Shown here in pieces: positions 55,962-63,993 of a DNA stretch of 64,000 nt; the stretch's first letter is position 1, and each line of letters starts with the position of its first letter. Where the stretch lies: IMG/VR virus record IMGVR_UViG_3300030329_003387. One strand, given 5' to 3'. Both the position numbers and the translations under genes were made by a program. The notes beneath the pieces were generated by a model, which did not search any database, was not told where the DNA came from, and was given only the letters and a program-made list of their open reading frames with translations. This DNA is from a virus.

Positions 55962-56079
55962 GAGAGGTGCCACCGTGAACCTATGGCAATGTAAGGTCGC
56001 AAGACCGGCAATAAGGCGGTGGAGCAGGCATCAAAACCTGTAGCGCGGTTAATCGTGGGTTCGACTCCCACACTTCTCG
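55962..56079 (+). ncRNA. tRNA-like RNA with enlarged D-arm and non-canonical anticodon loop
   Basis: Acceptor GAGAGGT/ACTTCTC; T-arm GTGGG-TTCGACT-CCCAC; internal CCACCG/CGGTGG and GCAGG/CCTGT stems. Confidence 0.6.
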
Positions 56080-56088
56080 CTTTTTATA

Positions 56089-56255
56089 TGGCTTGGCACA
56101 GTAATTGGCGCCGGTTGATAAGCCAGTAGAACGAAAAACGACACGAAGCCGAGGATGCCTTGAGGGGCGGTTAACCAAATCGGTGGATACACCGGAACAG
56201 CTTAGTTCCTGCGTTTTACTGCAATCGGTCAGGGGTGCAAATCCCCTGCGAGTCA
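56089..56255 (+). ncRNA. Second tRNA-like-domain RNA with large internal insert
   Basis: TGGCTTG/CGAGTCA closing stem; T-arm-like CAGGGG-TGCAAAT-CCCCTG; CAGTAA/TTACTG helix. Confidence 0.45.
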
Positions 56256-56333
56256 CTCTTATTCGAGAACGTCGTGGCGGACGATAAAACGCCACTCAAG
56301 TCCTCGACTCAAAACGAGGCTTGTTTTCTCCCG

Positions 56334-56370
56334 CTCCCTATCGGCTGTCTCAGCCGGTAGGGGGTTTTTT
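56334..56370 (+). terminator. Intrinsic terminator ending the ncRNA cluster
   Basis: CTCCCTATCGGCTG-TCT-CAGCCGGTAGGGGG-TTTTTT. Confidence 0.85.
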
Positions 56371-56384
56371 AATGCAGTAAATTA

Positions 56385-56437
56385 GGTAAGACGAGGCGCT
56401 TGATTCGCCTTCACTGTATCAGGTGAATCAAGCGGCT
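56385..56437 (+). repeat. GGTAARAC stem-loop element copy 7
   Basis: GGTAAGACGAGG-CGCTTGATTCGCCT / TCACTGTATC / AGGTGAATCAAGCG-GCT. Confidence 0.9.
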
Positions 56438-56489
56438 GGGAGACAACAGCAAGACAAACAAAACGACGATAATTTTTTCAAGAAAATTA

Positions 56490-56517
56490 TTGCAATAGCC
56501 GATATATATGTTATATT
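56490..56517 (+). promoter_or_regulatory. Early promoter with CCGAT spacer motif
   Basis: TTGCAA-16-TATATT with TG extension. Confidence 0.6.
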
Positions 56518-56539
56518 GGAATTAGTTAGGGAGAAAATT

Positions 56540-57229
56540 ATGACTTGGGTTCATTTAACAAACATATCCGGCAATCGTAAAGTCGGGCCAATTAAAGTTA
56601 CCACTACCGAAAAAAGCTCTTGCCCTAGTGAGTGCGGCATAGCTGATGAATGTTACGCCGGTGGCGGGCCTCTTAATATCCACTGGAACCAAGTGAGTCA
56701 GCACAATCGTGGTGATAATTGGGACGGGTTTGTGAATCGTGTTAAGCGGTTCCGCAAAAACGAATTGTGGCGACATAATCAGGCAGGGGATTTACCGCAA
56801 GATGAAAACGGTAAAATGGACTCCGATAAGTGTGAAGCACTAGCCGACGCCGCTTCCCATACTGACGGTTGGACATATACGCACTATGACCCAACCGACA
56901 CCCATAATAATGCAGTTATTAAAGGGATGAATGAAATTGGTGGCCTAGTGGTAAACTTATCAGCCGATACAGTAGAACAGGCCGACGAATATCACGAATT
57001 AGGTATTGCACCTATTACAGTTGTGTTGCCGGAAGATGCCCCAAACATGGGAAACAAAACGCCAAACGGTTTACCGATTGTAGTTTGTCCGGCTCAGACT
57101 CAGGAAGATATATCTTGCAACATTTGCGAGTTGTGCCAAAAGCGAGACCGTAAAAGTATCGTAGGATTCAAGGCACACGGAACAAAACGCAAAAAGCTAT
57201 CAGAGAAGTTGGTCAGCAATGCGGTATAA
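56540..57229 (+). CDS. Cys-rich gp88-like/DUF7227-like phage protein (possible Fe-S binding)
   Basis: N.KVG, SCP..C....CYA, WRHNQAGD, WTYTH, NLSAD, CPAQ...C..C.LC...VGF.AHG motifs. Confidence 0.65.
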   Translation: MTWVHLTNISGNRKVGPIKVTTTEKSSCPSECGIADECYAGGGPLNIHWNQVSQHNRGDNWDGFVNRVKRFRKNELWRHNQAGDLPQDENGKMDSDKCEALADAASHTDGWTYTHYDPTDTHNNAVIKGMNEIGGLVVNLSADTVEQADEYHELGIAPITVVLPEDAPNMGNKTPNGLPIVVCPAQTQEDISCNICELCQKRDRKSIVGFKAHGTKRKKLSEKLVSNAV

Positions 57230-57677
57230 TTATTTAGAGACGCTAGACCATATGGAATACATACCCGAAACAACGCTAGAAAAAATGGTAACAATAATAG
57301 AGATGAACGGAATAGACAAAAACAAAAAAGTAGAAGTATACTTCAACCTACATAAAAAATGTTGGAGCGTTAGGCAATCAGGCAGGCCGGTTGTACATAC
57401 GGATTTTATAGAACTTAAAGACCCGCAGTTTGTAGTACAGCAAGGCGGCAATGCTAGAGTACGACGGGAAAAGAAAAAGAACGTTCACGCGTTCGTTCGT
57501 GGATACCTGACCGAGCGAGTTGGGATATTTCCCAAAAACCAAAAGCTAGTAACCTATAACCCGTACAAGCATACCAGCTTTGTAGAACGTGGCAGCGAAA
57601 AGCCAATCTGTAGCGCTGAATATGCCGTGCTGGATATCACCGACAAAAAGCCGTTAGTCGAGGCGCTCTGGTTCTAA
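57219..57677 (+). CDS. Conserved phage hypothetical protein
   Basis: VYFNLHKKCWSVR...KNVHAFVRG...YNPYK motifs. Confidence 0.7.
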   Translation: MRYNYLETLDHMEYIPETTLEKMVTIIEMNGIDKNKKVEVYFNLHKKCWSVRQSGRPVVHTDFIELKDPQFVVQQGGNARVRREKKKNVHAFVRGYLTERVGIFPKNQKLVTYNPYKHTSFVERGSEKPICSAEYAVLDITDKKPLVEALWF

Positions 57678-57689
57678 CAATGAGAATAG

Positions 57690-57744
57690 GGTAAGACGAG
57701 CAGCATAGTTACCAGTCTGCGTCTTTCCGTAACTATGCTGCTCG
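57690..57744 (+). repeat. GGTAARAC stem-loop element copy 8 (divergent loop)
   Basis: GGTAAGA-CGAGCAGCATAGTTAC / 16-nt loop / GTAACTATGCTGCTCG (16-bp perfect stem). Confidence 0.75.
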
Positions 57745-57818
57745 CGGAGGGGTAAACGAGGGTCAGTGCTAGTAGTCAAAGATATTTGGAAAAATTGTGA
57801 TATTTTGCTACTGAGTAA

Positions 57819-57847
57819 TTGACGAACCTGCCGATGTACATTATATT
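57819..57847 (+). promoter_or_regulatory. Early promoter with CCGAT spacer motif
   Basis: TTGACG-17-TATATT. Confidence 0.65.
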
Positions 57848-57909
57848 GGAAGTATGTTGAGGGGAGAAAGTTATCCCCGTTAGTTGTTTTTTTTTGAAAG
57901 GGGTCAATC

Positions 57910-58206
57910 ATGACCGACACTCAGAAGGCCGCACCTATCAGTGCGACAGATTTTGTTAAGGCTTACGTCACCACTCATCAATCAGGTGGCACCATTGCTG
58001 ACTTGGCAACTGCACTAAATCGTAGTGTAGATCAAGTCCGTGCAAAGCGGAATTCGATTTCTGCACAGCTTAAAAGTCGTGGGCAATCATTGCCATCTTT
58101 GAAGCGAATGGAACGTGACAGTTCTGCTTATGATGAAGCCGCAAACATTGTGGGCGATTATCTTAGCACTCTTATGGGTGAATCCGATAGTCACGAGCAA
58201 GGCTAG
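57910..58206 (+). CDS. Small HTH-like DNA-binding protein
   Basis: TIADLATALNRSVDQVRAK. Confidence 0.55.
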   Translation: MTDTQKAAPISATDFVKAYVTTHQSGGTIADLATALNRSVDQVRAKRNSISAQLKSRGQSLPSLKRMERDSSAYDEAANIVGDYLSTLMGESDSHEQG

Positions 58207-58214
58207 AAACGTAT

Positions 58215-58246
58215 AAGAGGGGCGGGATTTTTCTCGCCCCCTCTTT
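58215..58246 (+). terminator. Intrinsic terminator
   Basis: AAGAGGGGCGGGA...TCTCGCCCCCTCTTT. Confidence 0.55.
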
Positions 58247-58315
58247 ACACTTCTTCCACTGTCAAGTATATTAGATAGTAGTAAGTATATTGTTGATTTT
58301 TTGAAAGGTGTTGTA

Positions 58316-59560
58316 ATGGATAATTACGAACGAATTATTGGCGCTGGCAACCAAGGCGATTTTGTTCTTGAAAACCAGCAAACTGCCGACAGGGAAGGTT
58401 TCTCTCATGTATCTAAATCTTGGTACGATAAAACCATTTCCTATGATGAAGGCATGGAAGCGTTGGAGTCCGAAGTAGGCCATCGTGAGGACTACTTAGT
58501 ACCTAAATCAGACATTCAGTTTGATGTACAGTTTATTAACGGTAAGCCATCTTTTGGCGTAAGTCTAAACGATGGGTTCTACGTTCCTACCGACCATGCT
58601 TTGACTCAGCTTGTTTCTAAATCCTGCCAAAACAAAGGCACGGGATTTGTAAGATCATTACGTGAAAACGTATTTAACAACAAGGATGAGGTTAAGGTTG
58701 ATCGAGATTTTCAGGACATGACGACGATTCTTTCTATCGTTCGTAATGGATTTCGACGATTACCAACTGATTCTAAGTTTAAGCTACGGTGTTATGATGA
58801 CGGCACAATGCGTGCTTTCCTGTCTGAAAAATACGCCGAAGTTGATAACCGCTGGTATCTTGAACAGATTAAGAATATCGTACCCGCAGGGCGTTTATCG
58901 CACTGGCGTGGCGATGCCGATACAATCTGGGGTAACGTGTTGATTCCTGACACAATCCGTGAAGAGGATGATTCGGACTATGGTGGTATGGTATCGTTGG
59001 CTAATTGTGAAATTGGCAAGCGTGCAATATACTCAATGCCATCGGTGTTTCGAGCTATCTGCATGAACGGCTGTATCTGGGATCAAACCGCCGGTACTAA
59101 AATTCGTGTAGTCCATATGGGTGACATTGATTTGACCGACCTAGCGGTTAAACTCCGAGATAACATCGAAAAGCAAATACCGCTTATCCCGCAGGGTATT
59201 GAACGTCTTTTGGGTATCCGTGCTAAGGGTACAGACGGTGTTGCTATGAAAAATCTCATCGGTGCAACTGCACAGTTTGAGAAGATTGACAAGCGTGGAG
59301 CTACTGCTATACTGGAATCATGGGTTAAGCATGAATCCAAAATAGCACCCGCTGAACGCAGTTTGTTCGATGTCGTCAACAGTGTAACACGGGCTGGTCA
59401 ATTCCTCGACAACCAAAGTTGGGTGAGGTATGATGAGCTTGGTGGACGGCTTGCTAATTACTCTGACAAAAAGTGGGAGTCTCTCAAGAGACGAGCCGCT
59501 GACTTAGAGGAAGCCGACTTTAAGAAAATCTATAGCGGTCAACCTGTACTCTCGGCATAG
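58316..59560 (+). CDS. DUF932-family protein
   Basis: RAFLSEKY..VDN, N.EIG, FRAICMNG, H and SLFDVVNSVT motifs. Confidence 0.75.
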   Translation: MDNYERIIGAGNQGDFVLENQQTADREGFSHVSKSWYDKTISYDEGMEALESEVGHREDYLVPKSDIQFDVQFINGKPSFGVSLNDGFYVPTDHALTQLVSKSCQNKGTGFVRSLRENVFNNKDEVKVDRDFQDMTTILSIVRNGFRRLPTDSKFKLRCYDDGTMRAFLSEKYAEVDNRWYLEQIKNIVPAGRLSHWRGDADTIWGNVLIPDTIREEDDSDYGGMVSLANCEIGKRAIYSMPSVFRAICMNGCIWDQTAGTKIRVVHMGDIDLTDLAVKLRDNIEKQIPLIPQGIERLLGIRAKGTDGVAMKNLIGATAQFEKIDKRGATAILESWVKHESKIAPAERSLFDVVNSVTRAGQFLDNQSWVRYDELGGRLANYSDKKWESLKRRAADLEEADFKKIYSGQPVLSA

Positions 59561-59662
59561 GTTACGATATGGATGGATGATTCGACCTACACATTTTGGG
59601 TAGTAATAATCACTGTAACATTCGTTCTCACGTTTCTCAATGAATCGAAGAACGACTAACCG

Positions 59663-59697
59663 AAGCACCTCGCCGCAAGGCGGGGTGCTTTTTTTTG
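59663..59697 (+). terminator. Intrinsic terminator
   Basis: AAGCACCTCGCC-GCAA-GGCGGGGTGCTT followed by a T-run. Confidence 0.85.
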
Positions 59698-59739
59698 CAA
59701 AAAATATACACAGAGGGCTTGACATAGGGCGACAGATGG

Positions 59740-59784
59740 GGTAAAACGCGCGGCCCTCCCTGTCTCCGCCGAATCGGGCCGCTC
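59740..59784 (+). repeat. GGTAARAC stem-loop element copy 9 (degenerate)
   Basis: GGTAAAACGC-GCGGCCC / 19-nt loop / GGGCCGC-TCG. Confidence 0.5.
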
Positions 59785-60974
59785 GCAGCGAGTATATCAT
59801 GGGCCAGTGAGTTAGCAGTCAGCGCATAAAAAAACCCTCACGCGCGAAAGGTGTAACGCGTAAGGGTCTCTTGCATATAATAAGAGGTTGGTTATTATAT
59901 ACAATATCAGAAGGTACATCGGAGTAGAGTATACCTTATGAATGCACTCTATGGTTATTCCGTGGTATGTGCTGAACCACATATGGCCGAATGTCTAAGT
60001 AGATGTCTTTAGATAGACACACGGTGGAAGGCACTCATAGCTTACCTCCCCTGCCGTACTAACACAATATACGCAATGTGTATAATGGTCTTCCATGCTT
60101 GTAGGTCGGGGCAACCTATTATACTAGTTATGGTAATACGGGACGCAACGCTGGAAGCGTGAGCAAGTGAGTTAGCGATTTGCTAACATATATATTGCAT
60201 GTCCACGTATGGATATGGTAGTATGTATGTTGGAGGAGTCGGAAGCCTCTTATTATATCTATTACGCCTCTTCTTGCCGCCATACAATACGGTCTGTGTT
60301 AGAAAAAAGAGGAGAGCCGCCAAACATATTAAACGTAAACCTTTCTTCATCTATTACTCCTAAAAAATTACTCTCATTACTCCAGTTTAGCACAGCCAGT
60401 CATTTAATCAAGCTATGTGTTATTGTTTTTTAGTAACTTCCGGTTTTTTTTAATTTAATTGGTATTCGGCAGGTAAAAATCCCCTAACACAGAACCTAAC
60501 AAAGAACAGTCTTTGATTAGCCTCAGTAGCGTCTCTTTCCCGCCTCTTACGCCGCCATCCCCCTAGCGTATCATACGAATTAGTTAATATCAAGTAACAC
60601 TTTTAATATTATCGGGAATACATGGTGCAAACTTGTGGCTTTTTTTCCAAAAAACGATTGACCGGCTCAATATTCCATGATAAACTAGACGATAGGACAC
60701 AATACAAACGTATATAACCCCTTATAGGGTCGTTATCCCACAATGAAACGGCAACAATATACTCGTTTGGGCATCAATCCCACGAAATGTGCCGGACGCT
60801 GGTTAAATTTTTGAAAGTAATCTAATGCCTGTAATACCTAATTCTCTGTTATTGCTTATATATATAACCTATATGTGTATGGCTTTATTATGTGCTAGTG
60901 TTATATATCTTATGTATTGGTTTATTTGTAATATTGTTCTTGGGTAGAAAAATATAGAAAACGGGAGAAATGAT

Positions 60975-62144
60975 ATGGAAAATAAAAAGTCTTTTGGCTT
61001 GCCTACTATTGATAATAGTCAACACTCAGATGATAGAGTCTATGATAGGTACTTTGGTAAGGAGTCTGAACTTGGGTTGTCTGCCAATAATCTAAATACG
61101 ATAGCCATAGATCAGGATGAGTGTGTTAGGGAAGCGGTTGCAAGAGGTTACAACAGGATTTCTATACTGCACAACCTATGGATAGAGGAAGAGGGTTTTT
61201 GGCACATATCTCTGGGTTGGTCTTTACAGACTATTATTGAAAAGAGCATTAACAAGGATAATGAGTACAAGGTTGTAACCTGTATGATACAGGACAACCG
61301 TGACTCTCACGACGATCAAACGTGTGGCTTGGATGAGAATGGTATTAGGAGAAAGGTAGACCATACATTTGATAAGAGGTACAAGTATTGTAAGTATCGT
61401 GATGTAAGGGCTGGCTATGTGGTGAAGCCTGTATGGATTAAAGCTGGTTCCGACTTGGAAAAACAGATAATGCGTGTCAGTAACATTAAAGGTCATATAA
61501 ATGTTATTGGCGAGACAACTAAAATGTCAAAGGAGTATCCATACGTTGGGTGCAAGGGCTTTAACGATATTGAGTGGGTTGGTAAGTATCCACCATCAGG
61601 AGCTATAAAACAGATGGAAGTTGGTGGTGGTGAGTTCTTTGTAAGTGCTGGGAAGGACACTCACGACTATCTTGAATGGTTTGAATATAAATCTTATGGC
61701 AAGGCTAGTTGGAAATACAGGTATCAGTTTACAAGAGCGTACCAATGCGCTAGACAAACTGAAATGGAGAAAGAAAACGAGGCAATGCTAAAGAATAAAC
61801 GTAAAATGCTTTTAGATTGTCGTGTCTTCACGGATGAATTTAGGCGAACATTAGTAGAAATAATAGATTTTACATATCCTCCGCATTGCGAAGACAGGGG
61901 TGACAAAATTATTGATGTTACTGAGAAGAAATTAGTAACTAATCGTAATGAACAGAATTTTAAGAGTGCTAAACGTGGTGAACTAAACAAAGACATTGAA
62001 TTAAGCAGGGGTCAAGTGAAATGCCGAATAAAAAGTGCAAAGCATGTGGAGTATCCGTACATGTACGCCGAAGAGAATGTGACTGCGGGTATAAGTTCCC
62101 TGCTCCCAAAAAGAAAGCCCCTACCTCCCGAAAAAGAGATATAG
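60975..62144 (+). CDS. Hypothetical protein
   Basis: 389 aa, GGGAG RBS. Confidence 0.7.
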   Translation: MENKKSFGLPTIDNSQHSDDRVYDRYFGKESELGLSANNLNTIAIDQDECVREAVARGYNRISILHNLWIEEEGFWHISLGWSLQTIIEKSINKDNEYKVVTCMIQDNRDSHDDQTCGLDENGIRRKVDHTFDKRYKYCKYRDVRAGYVVKPVWIKAGSDLEKQIMRVSNIKGHINVIGETTKMSKEYPYVGCKGFNDIEWVGKYPPSGAIKQMEVGGGEFFVSAGKDTHDYLEWFEYKSYGKASWKYRYQFTRAYQCARQTEMEKENEAMLKNKRKMLLDCRVFTDEFRRTLVEIIDFTYPPHCEDRGDKIIDVTEKKLVTNRNEQNFKSAKRGELNKDIELSRGQVKCRIKSAKHVEYPYMYAEENVTAGISSLLPKRKPLPPEKEI

Positions 62145-62356
62145 ATCCTAACACAGTTGACTATGTGTTTGATGGGTGGAAGAAAGTACCTGCAAGGACT
62201 AGATTGCAGAAGTGTGGTACATGTAGTAAGAAGATGAAGGGTGGTATGATTGCATGGCACTCTTCGTACACGGACGGTGAAAAGTATTGGTGGTGTGAGA
62301 GTTGTCTAAAGGATTTCAAGGATGAAACTTTTTATAAACTTAGTCAGACGAGTTGA
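62021..62356 (+). CDS. Zinc-finger-like hypothetical protein
   Basis: CKAC, CDC, CGTC and CESC motifs. Confidence 0.6.
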   Translation: MPNKKCKACGVSVHVRRRECDCGYKFPAPKKKAPTSRKRDIDPNTVDYVFDGWKKVPARTRLQKCGTCSKKMKGGMIAWHSSYTDGEKYWWCESCLKDFKDETFYKLSQTS

Positions 62357-62406
62357 TGCGTTATTTACTATGTTAGTGATGAAATTTGTGGGCGAGGATA
62401 ATTTTT

Positions 62407-62568
62407 ATGAGTGAAGAACCAACAGTAGCGTTTGATACAAAGGTAGGTGAGACATACTTTGAGTATGAACGTAAGGATGGTAGCCGATTCCTGTCTATTA
62501 TTGGGTGGGATGAGTGGGACTTAGATAAATATGGATTAAAATTCATACAAAAGGTGGTGTGGAAATGA
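62407..62568 (+). CDS. Small hypothetical protein
   Basis: GAGG RBS before ATG 62407. Confidence 0.45.
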   Translation: MSEEPTVAFDTKVGETYFEYERKDGSRFLSIIGWDEWDLDKYGLKFIQKVVWK

Positions 62569-62713
62569 ATCCAATAGGAATAGTTGATGTTTTCATATGG
62601 GCGGCATTGCTAACAGCCGCATACTCAGGATTTGAGCCTAGTAGGTTCACTGAATTCTTTTTATGGTTAGCACTTATATTTCATAAATGGGAATTATCTC
62701 AGAAAATTAAAGA

Positions 62714-62956
62714 TTGTTCTTGAAAAAACCGAAATTGGAGTTTAAGATGGTTATAGATTTTGAATTTTACCGAGAAGTTGAAACCGCTGTGCTTTGTGGA
62801 ACCAAAATGAGCGAGGATAAGTGGCTTCGTGACACGGCAGACGTTCGTAGAATGTTCAAGACCGACGACGAAGAGTATTTTCGCTCAACTGGCAAACGTC
62901 TATTGTCCGAGTACGGACTGACATACGCACAGAAGAACCGTAAGGCAAAGAAATGA
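62714..62956 (+). CDS. Hypothetical protein
   Basis: ORF coupled (ATGA overlap) to the next gene; true start may be ATG 62747. Confidence 0.5.
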   Translation: MFLKKPKLEFKMVIDFEFYREVETAVLCGTKMSEDKWLRDTADVRRMFKTDDEEYFRSTGKRLLSEYGLTYAQKNRKAKK

Positions 62957-63441
62957 ACATATTTGTTTTAGATAGTGACGTTGAAAAGGCCGCAAGGTGG
63001 CATGTCGATAGACATGTTGTCAAGATGCCGCTAGAGACTGCTCAGATGCTCTGTACCGCACGACATGAGCTTGGCGGGACTCCTGAGCATATTCCTTACA
63101 AGGTCGCTCATAAGAACCATCCCTGCACCGTATGGGCGAGGCAAAGCCGAGCAAATTATCAGTGGTTGTGTGATTTAGGTATAGCATTGTGTGAGGAATA
63201 TACATATAGGTATGAAAAGGTACACAAATGTCAGGCAGTAATACAAGATTGCATTGACAATCCTCCCGAATTCACTAACACAGAGATTACAGAGTTTCCA
63301 CAAGCTATGGACGAGGAATACAAGATGGATGATCCTATCATGGCATACAGGAACTACTACAACAAAGGTAAAGCACATTTACATGACTGGAAGAAAAGAA
63401 CTACACCGGAGTGGATAGAAATAGAGAATGAGATTCTTTGA
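62953..63441 (+). CDS. Pyrimidine-dimer DNA glycosylase (DenV/Pyr_excise-like)
   Basis: MNIFVLD...DRHVVKMPLETAQML...HKNHPCTVWAR...AYRNYY. Confidence 0.8.
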   Translation: MNIFVLDSDVEKAARWHVDRHVVKMPLETAQMLCTARHELGGTPEHIPYKVAHKNHPCTVWARQSRANYQWLCDLGIALCEEYTYRYEKVHKCQAVIQDCIDNPPEFTNTEITEFPQAMDEEYKMDDPIMAYRNYYNKGKAHLHDWKKRTTPEWIEIENEIL

Positions 63442-63557
63442 GTTTAAGCAATCAAATACATCCCCACCAAAATACATACTAGAGTTAAGTAGGGAGGAAG
63501 CCGAGAAGGTTAAAGACCTAGTGCAACAAGTCATAGAAAGGTTAAAGGAAGCTGAAG

Positions 63558-63776
63558 ATGAGCGGAAATAGAACAGTAACATTGAGTAAGCATGAGGTTG
63601 TGCTTGATATAGATACAGTTGATGCTATTTGGGAAGTAGCTTTTGGTGCTGATGCTTGGAATAGGGAATTTTCCGATTCTGATGTCATAATGGCTCTCAA
63701 AAACTACGAAAAGAAGGCTCATATGTATGACCAGATATTAGTATTGTTGGGTTTTGAACCACCGGAGGATGATTAA
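63558..63776 (+). CDS. Hypothetical protein
   Basis: 72-aa ORF. Confidence 0.55.
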   Translation: MSGNRTVTLSKHEVVLDIDTVDAIWEVAFGADAWNREFSDSDVIMALKNYEKKAHMYDQILVLLGFEPPEDD

Positions 63777-63777
63777 T

Positions 63778-63993
63778 ATGAGTGAAGAATTCTATGAAGA
63801 AAACGATAGGCGTATGAACATCATTGGTCAGAATGGTAATGATGGACTTCATTACGATAAGATCGCTGATAGTGACAAGGTAATAAATATTGTTGTAGAA
63901 GGTGGCATGGTAGTCGAAGTTAACGGGCTACCTGTTGACTGGCAGTATTACATTGATGATAGAGATTGTCCACCGGAGATTGAAGATGAGTGA
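63778..63993 (+). CDS. Hypothetical acidic protein
   Basis: GGAGG RBS; RRMNIIGQNGNDGLHY motif. Confidence 0.55.
   Translation: MSEEFYEENDRRMNIIGQNGNDGLHYDKIADSDKVINIVVEGGMVVEVNGLPVDWQYYIDDRDCPPEIEDE

Noticed and set aside
55962-56255. Standard tRNA genes or tmRNA
   Set aside because: No canonical D-loop or 7-nt anticodon loop and no CCA; far too short for tmRNA with no evident tag ORF.
49402-59784. CRISPR array interpretation of the repeats
   Set aside because: Copies are 0.4-2 kb apart with genes between them, stems vary in sequence, and no cas genes are present.
49402-59784. Classical integron attC sites or enterobacterial REP sequences
   Set aside because: No RYYYAAC/GTTRRRY core boxes and no IntI or RAYT in the window; GTAG occurs in only two copies. 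Kept only as an analogy.
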